Assembly (NCBI GenBank): GCA_963763775.1
Contig: CAVXPZ010000003.1
Span: 378,131 to 442,130 of the forward strand
Length of the DNA: 64,000 bases
Direction: 5' to 3'
Source of the DNA: an uncultured Chloroflexia bacterium
GTDB lineage: Bacteria; Chloroflexota; Limnocylindria; Limnocylindrales; CSP1-4
The stretch's first letter is position 1. Each line of letters starts with the position of its first letter. The notes beneath the pieces are model-generated. The model had not been told where the DNA came from. It did no database searches and saw only the letters and a program-made list of their open reading frames with translations. This document shows, piece after piece, positions 25,293 to 33,802 of this stretch. A program made the translations under genes and the position numbers.

Positions 25293-26664
25293 ATGCCTCC
25301 CGACGACGAAGCCGCCGAACCCAGCGAGGCGGCGAGCCCGACCGGCGGACGCGACCGAGCCGGTGGCCGAGGCCTGAGCCGACGGCCAGGCAGCCGCGAG
25401 CGCCAAGCCTCGACGTCGTGGCGTCGTCCTCCCGGTCGCCATCGTCCTGGTCGCGCTCCTCGCGGGCGGTGCCCTGTTCCTTTCCGGCTACACGCTCGGG
25501 CTGCGGACCAGCACCGAACCCGGCACCGCGGTCACGGACGAGACCGCCTTCACGCCCTTCTGGGACACGTACCACGCGATCGTCGACCGATATGCCGGCG
25601 GGCCGGTCGACCGCGAGGTCCTGGTCCAGGGGGCGATCCGCGGCATGATCGATGCCCTCGGCGACCCGTACTCGTCGTACCTCACATCCGACGAGTACCG
25701 GGCGAGCCTCCAGGGGATCAGTGGCCAGTTCGAGGGCATCGGCGCCGAGATCGCGACGCAGGCCGCGGACGGAACGCAAGGCTGCGCCACGCTGAGCCCG
25801 ACGTGCCGCCTCCTGGTCGTCGCCCCGGTCGCCGGCTCGCCCGCCGACAAGGCGGGACTCAAGGCCGGCGACCTGATCCTCGCGACGGACGGCGCCCCGC
25901 TCGACGGCCTGAACGTCGACAGCGCCCGCGACAAGATCCGCGGGCCCAAGGGCAGCGTCGTGACGCTGACCGTCCAGCGCGGCACGGCGTCCCCGTTCGA
26001 TCTCACGATCACTCGAGACATCGTCCAGGAGCAGGAGGTCGTCAGCCGCGATCTCGCTGACGGGACCGTCGGATACGTCCGGGTGAATGGGTTCTCCGAC
26101 ACCGCGGCCACCGCGGCCCATGACGCCATCGCCGCGCACGTCGCGGCCGGCCGGAAGTCGATCGTCCTCGACCTGCGGGGCGATCCCGGCGGCTACGTGA
26201 CCGCTGCTCGCTCGATCGCCAGCGAGTTCATCGCCACGGGGCCGATCTTCTTCGAGGAGGACGCCAAGGGCGTCCAGATCGCCACCGACGCGATCCCCGG
26301 CGGCGTCGCCACCGACCCCGCCATCCGCGTGGTCGTGCTCGTCGACGGCGGCAGCGCGTCGGCAAGCGAGATCGTCGCGGGGGCGCTCCAGGACACGGGC
26401 CGGGCAACGCTCGTCGGCCAGAAGTCGTTCGGGAAGGGGACCGTCCAGCAGTGGCAGGAGCTGACCGGCGAGGGCGGGGCGTTCAAGCTGACCGTCGCGA
26501 AGTGGCTGACCCCGAAAGGGCGCTGGATCCACGGCGTGGGCCTGACCCCGGATGTCGTCGTCACGCTCCCGGACCCGGTCCCGGCCGGCACGGACCCGAC
26601 GCTCGACAAGGCGCTCGAGGTCCTCGGCAAGACCGGCGCCGCCAAGCTCGATCCGGCGGCCTGA
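25293..26664 (+). pseudogene. S41 C-terminal processing peptidase; no usable start codon in the body frame, apparent 5' frame change
   Basis: ORF 25645..26664 holds PDZ plus the S41 core (GQFEGIGAEI, VAGSPADKAGLKAGDLI, LDLRGDPGGY, VLVDGGSASASEIVAGALQD, GQKSFGKGTVQ). The same frame stays coding-like back to TGA 25375..25377 (KPRRRGVVLPVAIVLVALLAGGALFLSGY signal anchor) but contains no ATG, GTG or TTG. The only nearby start, ATG 25293, is in another frame. Confidence 0.75.
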
Positions 26665-26743
26665 CTCGCGCCCCGGCCGCCTTCAGCGCTCGCGGGCCGC
26701 GCTGCTTCGAGCACCCGGGGGCGATCTCCCCACGTCATTGATA

Positions 26744-26770
26744 CTTCGATTTCGTACTACGAAATCGAAG
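26744..26770. repeat. Perfect 27-bp AT-rich palindrome (13-bp arms, 1-nt centre)
   Basis: CTTCGATTTCGTA c TACGAAATCGAAG. The arms are exact reverse complements. It is immediately preceded by TTGATA (26738..26743) and lies in the non-coding spacer between the S41 protease gene and smpB. Confidence 0.9.
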
Positions 26771-26782
26771 GACCGAAACGGC

Positions 26783-26814
26783 GGGTACGGGCGAGGGCGG
26801 GCGAGGGCGACGGG
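26783..26814 (+). repeat. G-tract array (six GGG runs with 1-4 nt spacers), G-quadruplex-type motif
   Basis: GGGtacGGGcgaGGGcGGGcgaGGGcgacGGG, including the 10-nt tandem unit gggcgagggc repeated twice. Confidence 0.7.
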
Positions 26815-26980
26815 AGGCGACCCGGCGGCGCTCGGTTCGGGGTTGCACTCGGTCCGGGGTTCGGGTACGGTTCGCCCGAACGAAAGGAGGTGATGTGCAG
26901 TGATCGACAGTACGCCTAGCTGCACCACCTCGCAGGAGATGGCCGTTTAGTCGGACACCCCTGTGGGTGGGAACGCTATC

Positions 26981-27009
26981 GAACGCCGGCCCGCAACGGG
27001 CCGGCGTTC
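26981..27009 (+). terminator. Perfect 13-bp stem / 3-nt loop hairpin (terminator-like, no U tail)
   Basis: GAACGCCGGCCCG caa CGGGCCGGCGTTC, 67 nt upstream of the smpB ATG. Confidence 0.35.
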
Positions 27010-27075
27010 GTGCGCTCAGGACCTGCTGCGACCGCCGCGGCCATACTTCCACCCTCACGTCCGAAGGAGCCCTCC

Positions 27076-27543
27076 ATGCGCGACGAAGTGACCGTCGCCC
27101 TCAACCGAAGAGCCCGCCATGACTTCACCATCGACGACACGTTCGAGGCGGGCATCGTGCTGACCGGCACGGAGATCAAGTCGATCCGCGCGGGCAAGGT
27201 CAACCTGTCCGATGCCTACGCGCGCGTCGAGCGCGGTGAGGCGTGGCTCATCGGTGCGCACATCGCGCCGTTCGAGGGCGGCAACCGCTACAACCACGAG
27301 CCCAAGCGCAACCGCAAGCTCCTGCTCCGACGCTCGGAGATCGATGAGCTCCTGGGCCGGGCGAAGGCCAAGGGGCAGACGATCGTCCCACTGCGGATGT
27401 ACATCAACCCGAAGGGCCGGGCCAAGCTCGAGCTGGGCCTCGCCCGCGGCAAGCAGCTGCACGACCGCCGGCGCGATATCGCGGATCGCGACGCCCGGCG
27501 CGACGTGGCGCGTGAGCTCGCGGACGTCCAGCGCGGCCGATAG
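27076..27543 (+). CDS. smpB: SsrA-binding protein SmpB
   Basis: NRRARHDF, FEAGIVLTGTEIKSIR, HIAPF, EPKRNRKLLL and the KGRAKLELGLARGKQLHDRR tail. ATG 27076 is preceded by GAAGGAG. Confidence 0.95.
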   Translation: MRDEVTVALNRRARHDFTIDDTFEAGIVLTGTEIKSIRAGKVNLSDAYARVERGEAWLIGAHIAPFEGGNRYNHEPKRNRKLLLRRSEIDELLGRAKAKGQTIVPLRMYINPKGRAKLELGLARGKQLHDRRRDIADRDARRDVARELADVQRGR

Positions 27544-27564
27544 CGCGGCGACAGGACGACGCAC

Positions 27565-28656
27565 GTGGAGGGGCCGATGACGAGCACCATGCCGGACCGC
27601 CTGCGGATCGGCCCGGTCATCGAGGCCGTGGACGCGCACGCGTGCGGCGAACCGGGACGGGTCATCGTCGGCGGCGTCGAGGACGTCCCTGGCTTGACGA
27701 TGTTCGACAAGATGACCTGGCTCCAGGCCAACCGCGACGACATCCGCCTCCGGATGCTGCGCGAGCCGCGGGGCTACCCGGCGGCGAACTGCAACCTCAT
27801 CCTGCCCTCGAACCACCCCGAGGCGGCCGCCGGGTACGTGATCATGGAGCAGGTCGAGTACCCCGGGATGTCCGGCACGAACACGATGTGCGTCGTCACG
27901 GTCCTGCTGGAGACCGGGATGCTCCCGATGACCGAGCCCACGACCGAGCTCACGCTCGAGTCGCCGGCCGGGCTGATCCGCGTGACCGCCACGTGCCGAG
28001 ACGGCAAGGTCGAGGACGTGACCTTCCGGAACGTGCCGGCATTCGCGACCCACCTCGACGCACCGGTGGAGGTCCCGCACCTCGGCACCGTGACCGTCGA
28101 CGTCGCCTACGGCGGGATGTTCTACGTCATCGCGGACGCGGAGCGGTTCGGGCTCCGGCTCACCCCGGACGAAGGCGCGGACATCGTGCGGATCACCGAG
28201 ATGATCAAGGCCGCGGCCAACGAGCAGTTGCCCGTCGTCCACCCGGACCAGCCGGGGTTCGCGGGCATCACGATCGGGCAGCTGTCGGGGCCGGCGCACG
28301 ACGCGGCGAACAGCCGCCGGAACGTCGTGACCGTCTCGACCGGGACGCTCGACTGGGAGCGACCGGCAACGTGGACGGGCGCCATCGACCGCTCGCCCTG
28401 CGGCACCGGGACGTCCGCGAAGATGGCGACGCTCTACGCCAAGGGCCAGCTTCGCGTGGGGGAGCCGTTCCGCCACGAGGGCATCCTCGGCACGGTGTTC
28501 ACCGGCCGGCTGGTCGAGGAGACCGCGATCGGGTCGTACCGAGCGGCCGTCCCGACCATCACCGGGCAGGCCTGGATCACCGGGTTCGCCCGCTACGTCG
28601 TCGACCCCAGCGACCCGTTCCCGGACGGCTACACGATCGGCGACATCTGGGCGTGA
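27565..28656 (+). CDS. Proline racemase / hydroxyproline epimerase superfamily protein (Ser/Cys active-site pair)
   Basis: DAHACGEPGRVIVGG, YPGMSGTNTMC at the position of the first catalytic Cys motif, and DRSPCGTGTSA as the second motif. Confidence 0.85.
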   Translation: MEGPMTSTMPDRLRIGPVIEAVDAHACGEPGRVIVGGVEDVPGLTMFDKMTWLQANRDDIRLRMLREPRGYPAANCNLILPSNHPEAAAGYVIMEQVEYPGMSGTNTMCVVTVLLETGMLPMTEPTTELTLESPAGLIRVTATCRDGKVEDVTFRNVPAFATHLDAPVEVPHLGTVTVDVAYGGMFYVIADAERFGLRLTPDEGADIVRITEMIKAAANEQLPVVHPDQPGFAGITIGQLSGPAHDAANSRRNVVTVSTGTLDWERPATWTGAIDRSPCGTGTSAKMATLYAKGQLRVGEPFRHEGILGTVFTGRLVEETAIGSYRAAVPTITGQAWITGFARYVVDPSDPFPDGYTIGDIWA

Positions 28657-29459
28657 AGGCCGGGATCACGCTCACCGTCGGCGGTCCGCGCGAGACGGCC
28701 GCCCTGGCGGCGGAAGCCGAAGCCGCGGGCTGGGACGGCGTCTTCACCTGGGACGGGATCGCGATCGGGACGACCGAGACCTACGACCCGTGGGTCGTCC
28801 TGGCGGCGATCGCGATGCGGACCGAGCGCGTCCGGATCGGCGCGCTCGTCACGCCGCCGGCTCGACGACGGCCGTGGAAGCTGGCGCGCGAGACCATGAC
28901 CCTGGATGTGCTCTCCGCCGGCCGGCTCGTGCTGCCGGTCGGACTCGGGGCCCTGGACGACGGGGCGTTCGGCAACGTCGGGGAGCCGACGGAGGCGCGG
29001 GTCCGGGCCGAGCGCCTCGACGAGAGCCTGGCGATCCTCGAGGGCCTGTGGAGCGGCGAACCGTTCGGGTTCGCCGGCGAGCACTACCGGTTCGACCCGA
29101 TGACGTTCCTCCCGACGCCGGTGCAGCGCCCGCGGATCCCGATCTGGGTGATCGGGGCGTGGCCGAGCGAACGGTCGGTGCGTCGCGCCCTCCGCTTCGA
29201 CGGCATCCTGCCTCAATCCGACGACCCGGCGGTGGTCCGCGAGGTCGCCGCCCTCGTCGAGCGCGAGCGACCCGCGGCGTCTCGCGACCGGCCGTTCGAC
29301 ATCGTCGTCGAAGGCGTCACCGCCGATCCGGCACGGGTCGACGACACGGTCGGGCCGATGCGCGAGGCCGGGGCGACCTGGTGGATCGAGTCGGACTGGA
29401 CCGGCGCGACGGTGGACTCGCTCCGGCGGCGGATCGCGGCGGGGCCGCCGGCCGGCTGA
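28653..29459 (+). CDS. LLM-class (luciferase-like) flavin/F420-dependent oxidoreductase
   Basis: GWDGVFTWD, RVRIGALVTPPARRRPWKLARE and RLVLPVGLG, a typical LLM TIM-barrel pattern. Its start forms a GTGA overlap with the previous stop. Confidence 0.7.
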   Translation: MKAGITLTVGGPRETAALAAEAEAAGWDGVFTWDGIAIGTTETYDPWVVLAAIAMRTERVRIGALVTPPARRRPWKLARETMTLDVLSAGRLVLPVGLGALDDGAFGNVGEPTEARVRAERLDESLAILEGLWSGEPFGFAGEHYRFDPMTFLPTPVQRPRIPIWVIGAWPSERSVRRALRFDGILPQSDDPAVVREVAALVERERPAASRDRPFDIVVEGVTADPARVDDTVGPMREAGATWWIESDWTGATVDSLRRRIAAGPPAG

Positions 29460-29476
29460 CCGAGGCCGCCCTCGCC

Positions 29477-29494
29477 CTGACCGCGATCGGTCAG
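29477..29494. terminator. Short hairpin between convergent genes
   Basis: CTGACCG cgat CGGTCAG (7-bp stem). It overlaps the ureC stop codon. Confidence 0.25.
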
Positions 29495-31197
29495 CGCAGC
29501 CAGTACCGGCGATTGAGCGGGAGCACGTCCACAGGAGCGACCTCGAGCGCCCGACCGGCGAGCGTCACGCGGCCATCCGACCGGTCCACCTCGATCGGCG
29601 CCGTCGCGCGGTTCCGGGCGAGCGCCTCGCGGGTGATCCCTCGAGTGCCCCCGACGGCGACGGCTGTGCGTCCCGGAGCCTCGAGGCGCGCGACCAACCG
29701 GCGGTCCGCGGCACCGTGCGCGGACACGAACGTCAGCGACAGGCTCGCGGCCGCCCGACCGTCGCCACCCCAGTCCGGCCGGTAGCGGGTGGGCTCCGCG
29801 TGATCGACGGTGGCGTTGCCCTCGCCCAGCGGGCCCCACGCGGCGACACCGCCCTTCAGCACGAGCTCAGGTTTCACGCCGAAATACGCCGGGCTCCACA
29901 GGACGATGTCGGCGAGCCGTCCGGGCGCGAGCGACCCCACGTGGTCCGAGATGCCGTGGGCGATGGCCGGCTCCGTGGTGACCTTGGCCAGGTAGCGGAG
30001 CACCCGGTCGTTCGCGTCGAACAGGTCGCCGCTCTCTGGCGGGAGCCCGGGATGACCGGCGCCGGCCGTTGACGCGCGCCACGCCTGCATGACGTGGGCG
30101 AGCTGGAACGTCCGCCGGACCGTCTCCATCATCCGGCCCATGCCCTGTGAGTCCGAGTTGACGATCGCGATCGCCCCGAGCTCGTGGAGCGGACCCTCGG
30201 CCGCCATCGACGCCGGGTGGACGCGCTCCGAGACGAGCGCCACGTCCTCGGCCACGCCGAACGACTGGCCGTGGTTGAGGATGATCATCGGGATCTGTTC
30301 CGCCGCGGCGTTGACGCCGAACGGGATCGTCGGGGTCGTGGACGAGCACAGGATGTTCGGCTCGCGCACGAGTCCCAGCAGATCCGGGACGTGGCCGCCT
30401 CCGCTCCCCTCGACGTGATACGCGTGAACGGTCCGACCCGCGATCGCCGCCACCGTGTCCTCGAGCTCAGCCGACTCGTGGAGGCCGTCCGTGTGGAGGG
30501 CGACCGCCACGTCATGCGCAGTCGCGAACCGCAGCACGTGGTCGATGAGTTCGGGATAGGCGCCGTAGTCCTCATGGATCTTGAACCCGCAGGCCCCGGC
30601 GTCGAGCAGCGCCTCGAGGACGGCATCGTCCTCGGCGCGGGCGCAGGCCTGCAGGCCGACGTTGAGCGGCCAGGTCGCAAGGCGATCGAGGGTGCGGGCC
30701 ATCGCGTACGGCGGCTCCTCGAAGCCCGCTGTGAGCAGGGTGGTCACGCCGCCGGACAGGGCCGCTGGGAGCAGCTCGGGCGTGATGAGGTGCACGTGAC
30801 TGTCGACCGCGCCGGCCGTCGCGATGAGGCCGTAGCCCATGATGGGCTGGGTGTGCGGGCCGATCGGCAGGTCGATGCCGTCGCTGACCGCGTCGCTCCC
30901 GGCCCGACCGACGCCGACCACGCGGCCGTCCTTGATCCCGATGTCGGCCTTCACGACGCCGATGAGCGGATCGACGACGAGCGCACCGGCGATGACGACA
31001 TCGAGCTCCGACGGGCCGGGACGGCCCTGGATCGAGCGTGGCCGGATGGTCTTGGCGTAGCCCCAGATCGGCTCGTCGCCGGGAGCCTGCCGGTCCTCCT
31101 CGACGCGGACCCACAGGTCCGTGTCGGCGAGCCGGACCCGGTCGCCGGTCGTGGGACCGTAGCGGGCGAGGCGCTCCTGCGGGGTGAGGCGCGTCAC
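29491..31197 (-). CDS. ureC: Urease alpha subunit
   Basis: 568 aa with all nickel-site positions present: SHVHLITP (HxH), GFKIHEDYG (carbamylated Lys), ALHTDGL, HAYHVEGSGGGH and VNSDSQGMGR. Confidence 0.95.
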   Translation of the reverse strand: MTRLTPQERLARYGPTTGDRVRLADTDLWVRVEEDRQAPGDEPIWGYAKTIRPRSIQGRPGPSELDVVIAGALVVDPLIGVVKADIGIKDGRVVGVGRAGSDAVSDGIDLPIGPHTQPIMGYGLIATAGAVDSHVHLITPELLPAALSGGVTTLLTAGFEEPPYAMARTLDRLATWPLNVGLQACARAEDDAVLEALLDAGACGFKIHEDYGAYPELIDHVLRFATAHDVAVALHTDGLHESAELEDTVAAIAGRTVHAYHVEGSGGGHVPDLLGLVREPNILCSSTTPTIPFGVNAAAEQIPMIILNHGQSFGVAEDVALVSERVHPASMAAEGPLHELGAIAIVNSDSQGMGRMMETVRRTFQLAHVMQAWRASTAGAGHPGLPPESGDLFDANDRVLRYLAKVTTEPAIAHGISDHVGSLAPGRLADIVLWSPAYFGVKPELVLKGGVAAWGPLGEGNATVDHAEPTRYRPDWGGDGRAAASLSLTFVSAHGAADRRLVARLEAPGRTAVAVGGTRGITREALARNRATAPIEVDRSDGRVTLAGRALEVAPVDVLPLNRRYWLR

Positions 31198-31201
31198 GAG
31201 G

Positions 31202-31816
31202 TCACCCGCGGCCGCCTGGCTCGCCTGGACCGCGATGCCCGCCGAAGCGGACCAGGCGGACGGTCCGGGTCTCGCCCGGCGACCAGCGCTCGGTCGAGCC
31301 GGACGGGAGATCGAGGCGGTACCCGGCCGCGGCGGCCCGGTCGAATTCGAGTCGCGGGTTGACGCGCTCGAACGGGTAGTGGCTCGACACCCGGACGACC
31401 CGGGTCGAGCCGTTGCGGACCGTGAGCTGGATCGCCTCCGTCGCGTCGGCGCCGGCCGGCGCGGCGTCGCTCGTCGACGCGAGACGGACGGCTCCAGGAC
31501 CGTCCTCCGCTGCCGGGCCGAGCGGGTCGAGCAGCACGACGAGCCGCGTCCCGTCGTCCATCAGGACCTCGAGCGTGACGCGGTCGACGAGCGCCGGCAC
31601 GCCCGGAAGGACCTCGGCCGGATCGACCGCTCCACGCCCGGCCGCCTCCACCTCGGCGTAGGTGGCCCCGGCGCGGGCCGCCTCGAGCATCGCGTCGCAG
31701 ATCAGCGCGACGGCCTCGGGGGCGTTGAGCGCCAGGCCGGCCGCCCGATGGCGCCGAGCCAGCTCGGCCGCGGTGAAGATCAGGAGGCGCTCCTCCTCCC
31801 AGTGGGTCAGCCGCAT
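31202..31816 (-). CDS. ureAB: Fused urease gamma-beta subunit
   Basis: Gamma part MRLTHWEEERLLIFTAAELARRHRAAGLALNAPEAVALI and beta part VVRVSSHYPFERVNPRLEFDR, RLDLPSGSTERWSPGE, in one 204-aa ORF. Confidence 0.9.
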   Translation of the reverse strand: MRLTHWEEERLLIFTAAELARRHRAAGLALNAPEAVALICDAMLEAARAGATYAEVEAAGRGAVDPAEVLPGVPALVDRVTLEVLMDDGTRLVVLLDPLGPAAEDGPGAVRLASTSDAAPAGADATEAIQLTVRNGSTRVVRVSSHYPFERVNPRLEFDRAAAAGYRLDLPSGSTERWSPGETRTVRLVRFGGHRGPGEPGGRG

Positions 31817-31849
31817 CGACCCATCGTAGCGGCGTCGGGCGCCGGCGCG

Positions 31850-33130
31850 CTAGGGCGCGATCGACGACCGGCTCGACGCGGTTCGCAGGTCGGGCGCCAT
31901 CGTGGGTCGCGCCGGCTCCGGGATGGCGATCGGGGCCGCTGGGGTCGCGGCCGGCATCCCGGCTCGCGCGTAGAGGACGACCCCGATCCCCGTCGCGACG
32001 GCGCACAGGAGCAGGCCCGCCGTGACATCGACGATCCCGGCCTGGAGCAGCGCGCTCATGAGGAACGCGGCGACGATCCCGCGCGCGCCGGTGATCGCAT
32101 TCCAGCCGGCCATCGCGGCCGCGCGCGACTGGAGCGGCGTGTGGTCGCTGACGACGGCGGCGATGCCGACATCGATCGAGGCGCTCGCCGCGCCGGCCGC
32201 CAGCGCCGCGACCCACAGCACGAGGACGCTCGGCGCGAACGCCACGGCGATCAGCGAGAGCAGGCCCATCGTCGTGCCGATGCGCATCGCGACGAGCGCT
32301 CCGAAGCGGTCGCTCACCACGCCCCAGGCCATGAACGAGACCGTGGTCGAGGCCGCCGTCAGGATGCCGATGATGCCGACGTCGGCGAGCGACAGGTCGA
32401 GCCGATCGACGTACACGAGCGCGTAGAGCGGAAGCGCGGCGATCAGCCCGCCGCCGTAGAACCCCTGGGCCAGGGCCACCTTCGAGAGGACCGGGCGCTC
32501 GCGCAGGGCGCGGATGGAGTCACGGGCGGAGAACACCGGCGGCCGCTCGGCAGCTCGCGCGCGGAACCCCACGTACGCGATCGCGCACACAGCGCCGACG
32601 ATCCCCGCGATCGCGACGGCCGTCGGCCCGCCCAGTCGGTCGGCGATGATCCCGCCGGCGAAGGCCGCGAGCGCCGCTGCGGCGGCCCGACCCGTGCCGA
32701 TGACGCCGACGATCCGGCCGCGAAGTCGGGCCGGGTACATCGCGCCCCACAGGCGCAGGTGGAACGGGCTCCCGAACGACAGGCTGATCCAGAAGATGAC
32801 CGTGGCGACGACCATGACCGGCGCCGTCGGCACGACGAACAGGGCGACGAGACTGGCCGACCCGATGGCGCGGATCAGCGCCAGCTGGCCGGTCGAGCGT
32901 GGCCCGAAGCGGCCGGCGAACGCGCCGAGCAGGTTGGCGATGAACGGGGCCGCGGCGAGCGCCGCGAGACCCATCGGCTCGAGGCCGCCGCGCCGGGCGA
33001 TCGTCGGCAGGAGGGAGGTGACGAGGGCGGCGCTGACGCCGACGCCGACGCCCGCGACGAGGTCGAGGGCGAGGTTGCGCCCGACCGCGCGCTGCGTCGG
33101 AGAAGGATGGATCGCCGGCCGGAACACCAC
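31850..33130 (-). CDS. MFS transporter
   Basis: 426 aa with about 12 predicted TM segments and a GRFGPR-type loop 2-3 motif (AFAGRFGPRS). Substrate unknown. Confidence 0.8.
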   Translation of the reverse strand: MVFRPAIHPSPTQRAVGRNLALDLVAGVGVGVSAALVTSLLPTIARRGGLEPMGLAALAAAPFIANLLGAFAGRFGPRSTGQLALIRAIGSASLVALFVVPTAPVMVVATVIFWISLSFGSPFHLRLWGAMYPARLRGRIVGVIGTGRAAAAALAAFAGGIIADRLGGPTAVAIAGIVGAVCAIAYVGFRARAAERPPVFSARDSIRALRERPVLSKVALAQGFYGGGLIAALPLYALVYVDRLDLSLADVGIIGILTAASTTVSFMAWGVVSDRFGALVAMRIGTTMGLLSLIAVAFAPSVLVLWVAALAAGAASASIDVGIAAVVSDHTPLQSRAAAMAGWNAITGARGIVAAFLMSALLQAGIVDVTAGLLLCAVATGIGVVLYARAGMPAATPAAPIAIPEPARPTMAPDLRTASSRSSIAP

Positions 33131-33269
33131 GTACCTCGAAGCAAGCCCGCTTGGCCTGCGAGGTGAGCTGTCGGGCTCGGCGTGGGTTCGCCGTCGCGGT
33201 CGCTCCGCGATTCGCCCCAGGTGGTGGGTCCCCCGTCCTCAGCGTGCTGAGGCTCGGCCAGGGACAACC

Positions 33270-33800
33270 TTACCAGTCATCGCGCACTCGGGGCGATGGC
33301 CCGTTGGTCCTACGACGCGGGCGGGCTCGCGGTGCCGTCCCGGCACATCCGGCGCAGAGCCCGGTGATCGTGATGTGCGAGCGGTCCACCGAGAAGGACC
33401 GCCCCGCGTCGAGCATCGACACGATCGCGTCGGCCTCGCCCGGCTGGATCTCCCACGAGCCGCCACAGGCGTGGCAGTGGAGATGCCCGTGCTCATCGGT
33501 CGGGAGGACGTGGTACTCCTCGCGGCCGTCGATGCCGTGGTGGTGGCTGACGTACCCGAGGTCTTCGAGGACGTCGAGCGTCCGATAGACCGTCGATGGC
33601 GTCGTGGTCGGGTCCAGCTCGCGGCAGCGCTCGACGAGATCACTGCCGGTCACGTGGCCGTCGACCTGGCTCAGGACGTCCACGAGCGTCCGCCGCTGCG
33701 GTGTCCAGCGAAGCCCTTCGGCGTGCAGTCGCTCACGGACACCCGGCCATCCAGGCGACGCGGCGGCGTCCTTCGACCCGGCCGTCGTGGATCCGGGCAC
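33270..33800 (-). CDS. Fur-family metalloregulator (Zur/Nur-like)
   Basis: TPQRRTLVDVL, STVYRTLDVLEDLGYV, HGHLHCHACGG and GLCAGC. Start taken as GTG 33800, 2 nt after the transporter stop. The start is uncertain. Confidence 0.8.
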   Translation of the reverse strand: MPGSTTAGSKDAAASPGWPGVRERLHAEGLRWTPQRRTLVDVLSQVDGHVTGSDLVERCRELDPTTTPSTVYRTLDVLEDLGYVSHHHGIDGREEYHVLPTDEHGHLHCHACGGSWEIQPGEADAIVSMLDAGRSFSVDRSHITITGLCAGCAGTAPRARPRRRTNGPSPRVRDDW

Positions 33801-33802
33801 GG

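Noticed and set aside
26900-26950. Calling the 16-codon ORF MIDSTPSCTTSQEMAV as a CDS, for example a RiPP precursor or attenuator leader
   Set aside because: It is too short, has no leader/core organisation and no run of regulatory codons, and there are no modification enzymes nearby. It is kept only as part of a finding, not as a feature.
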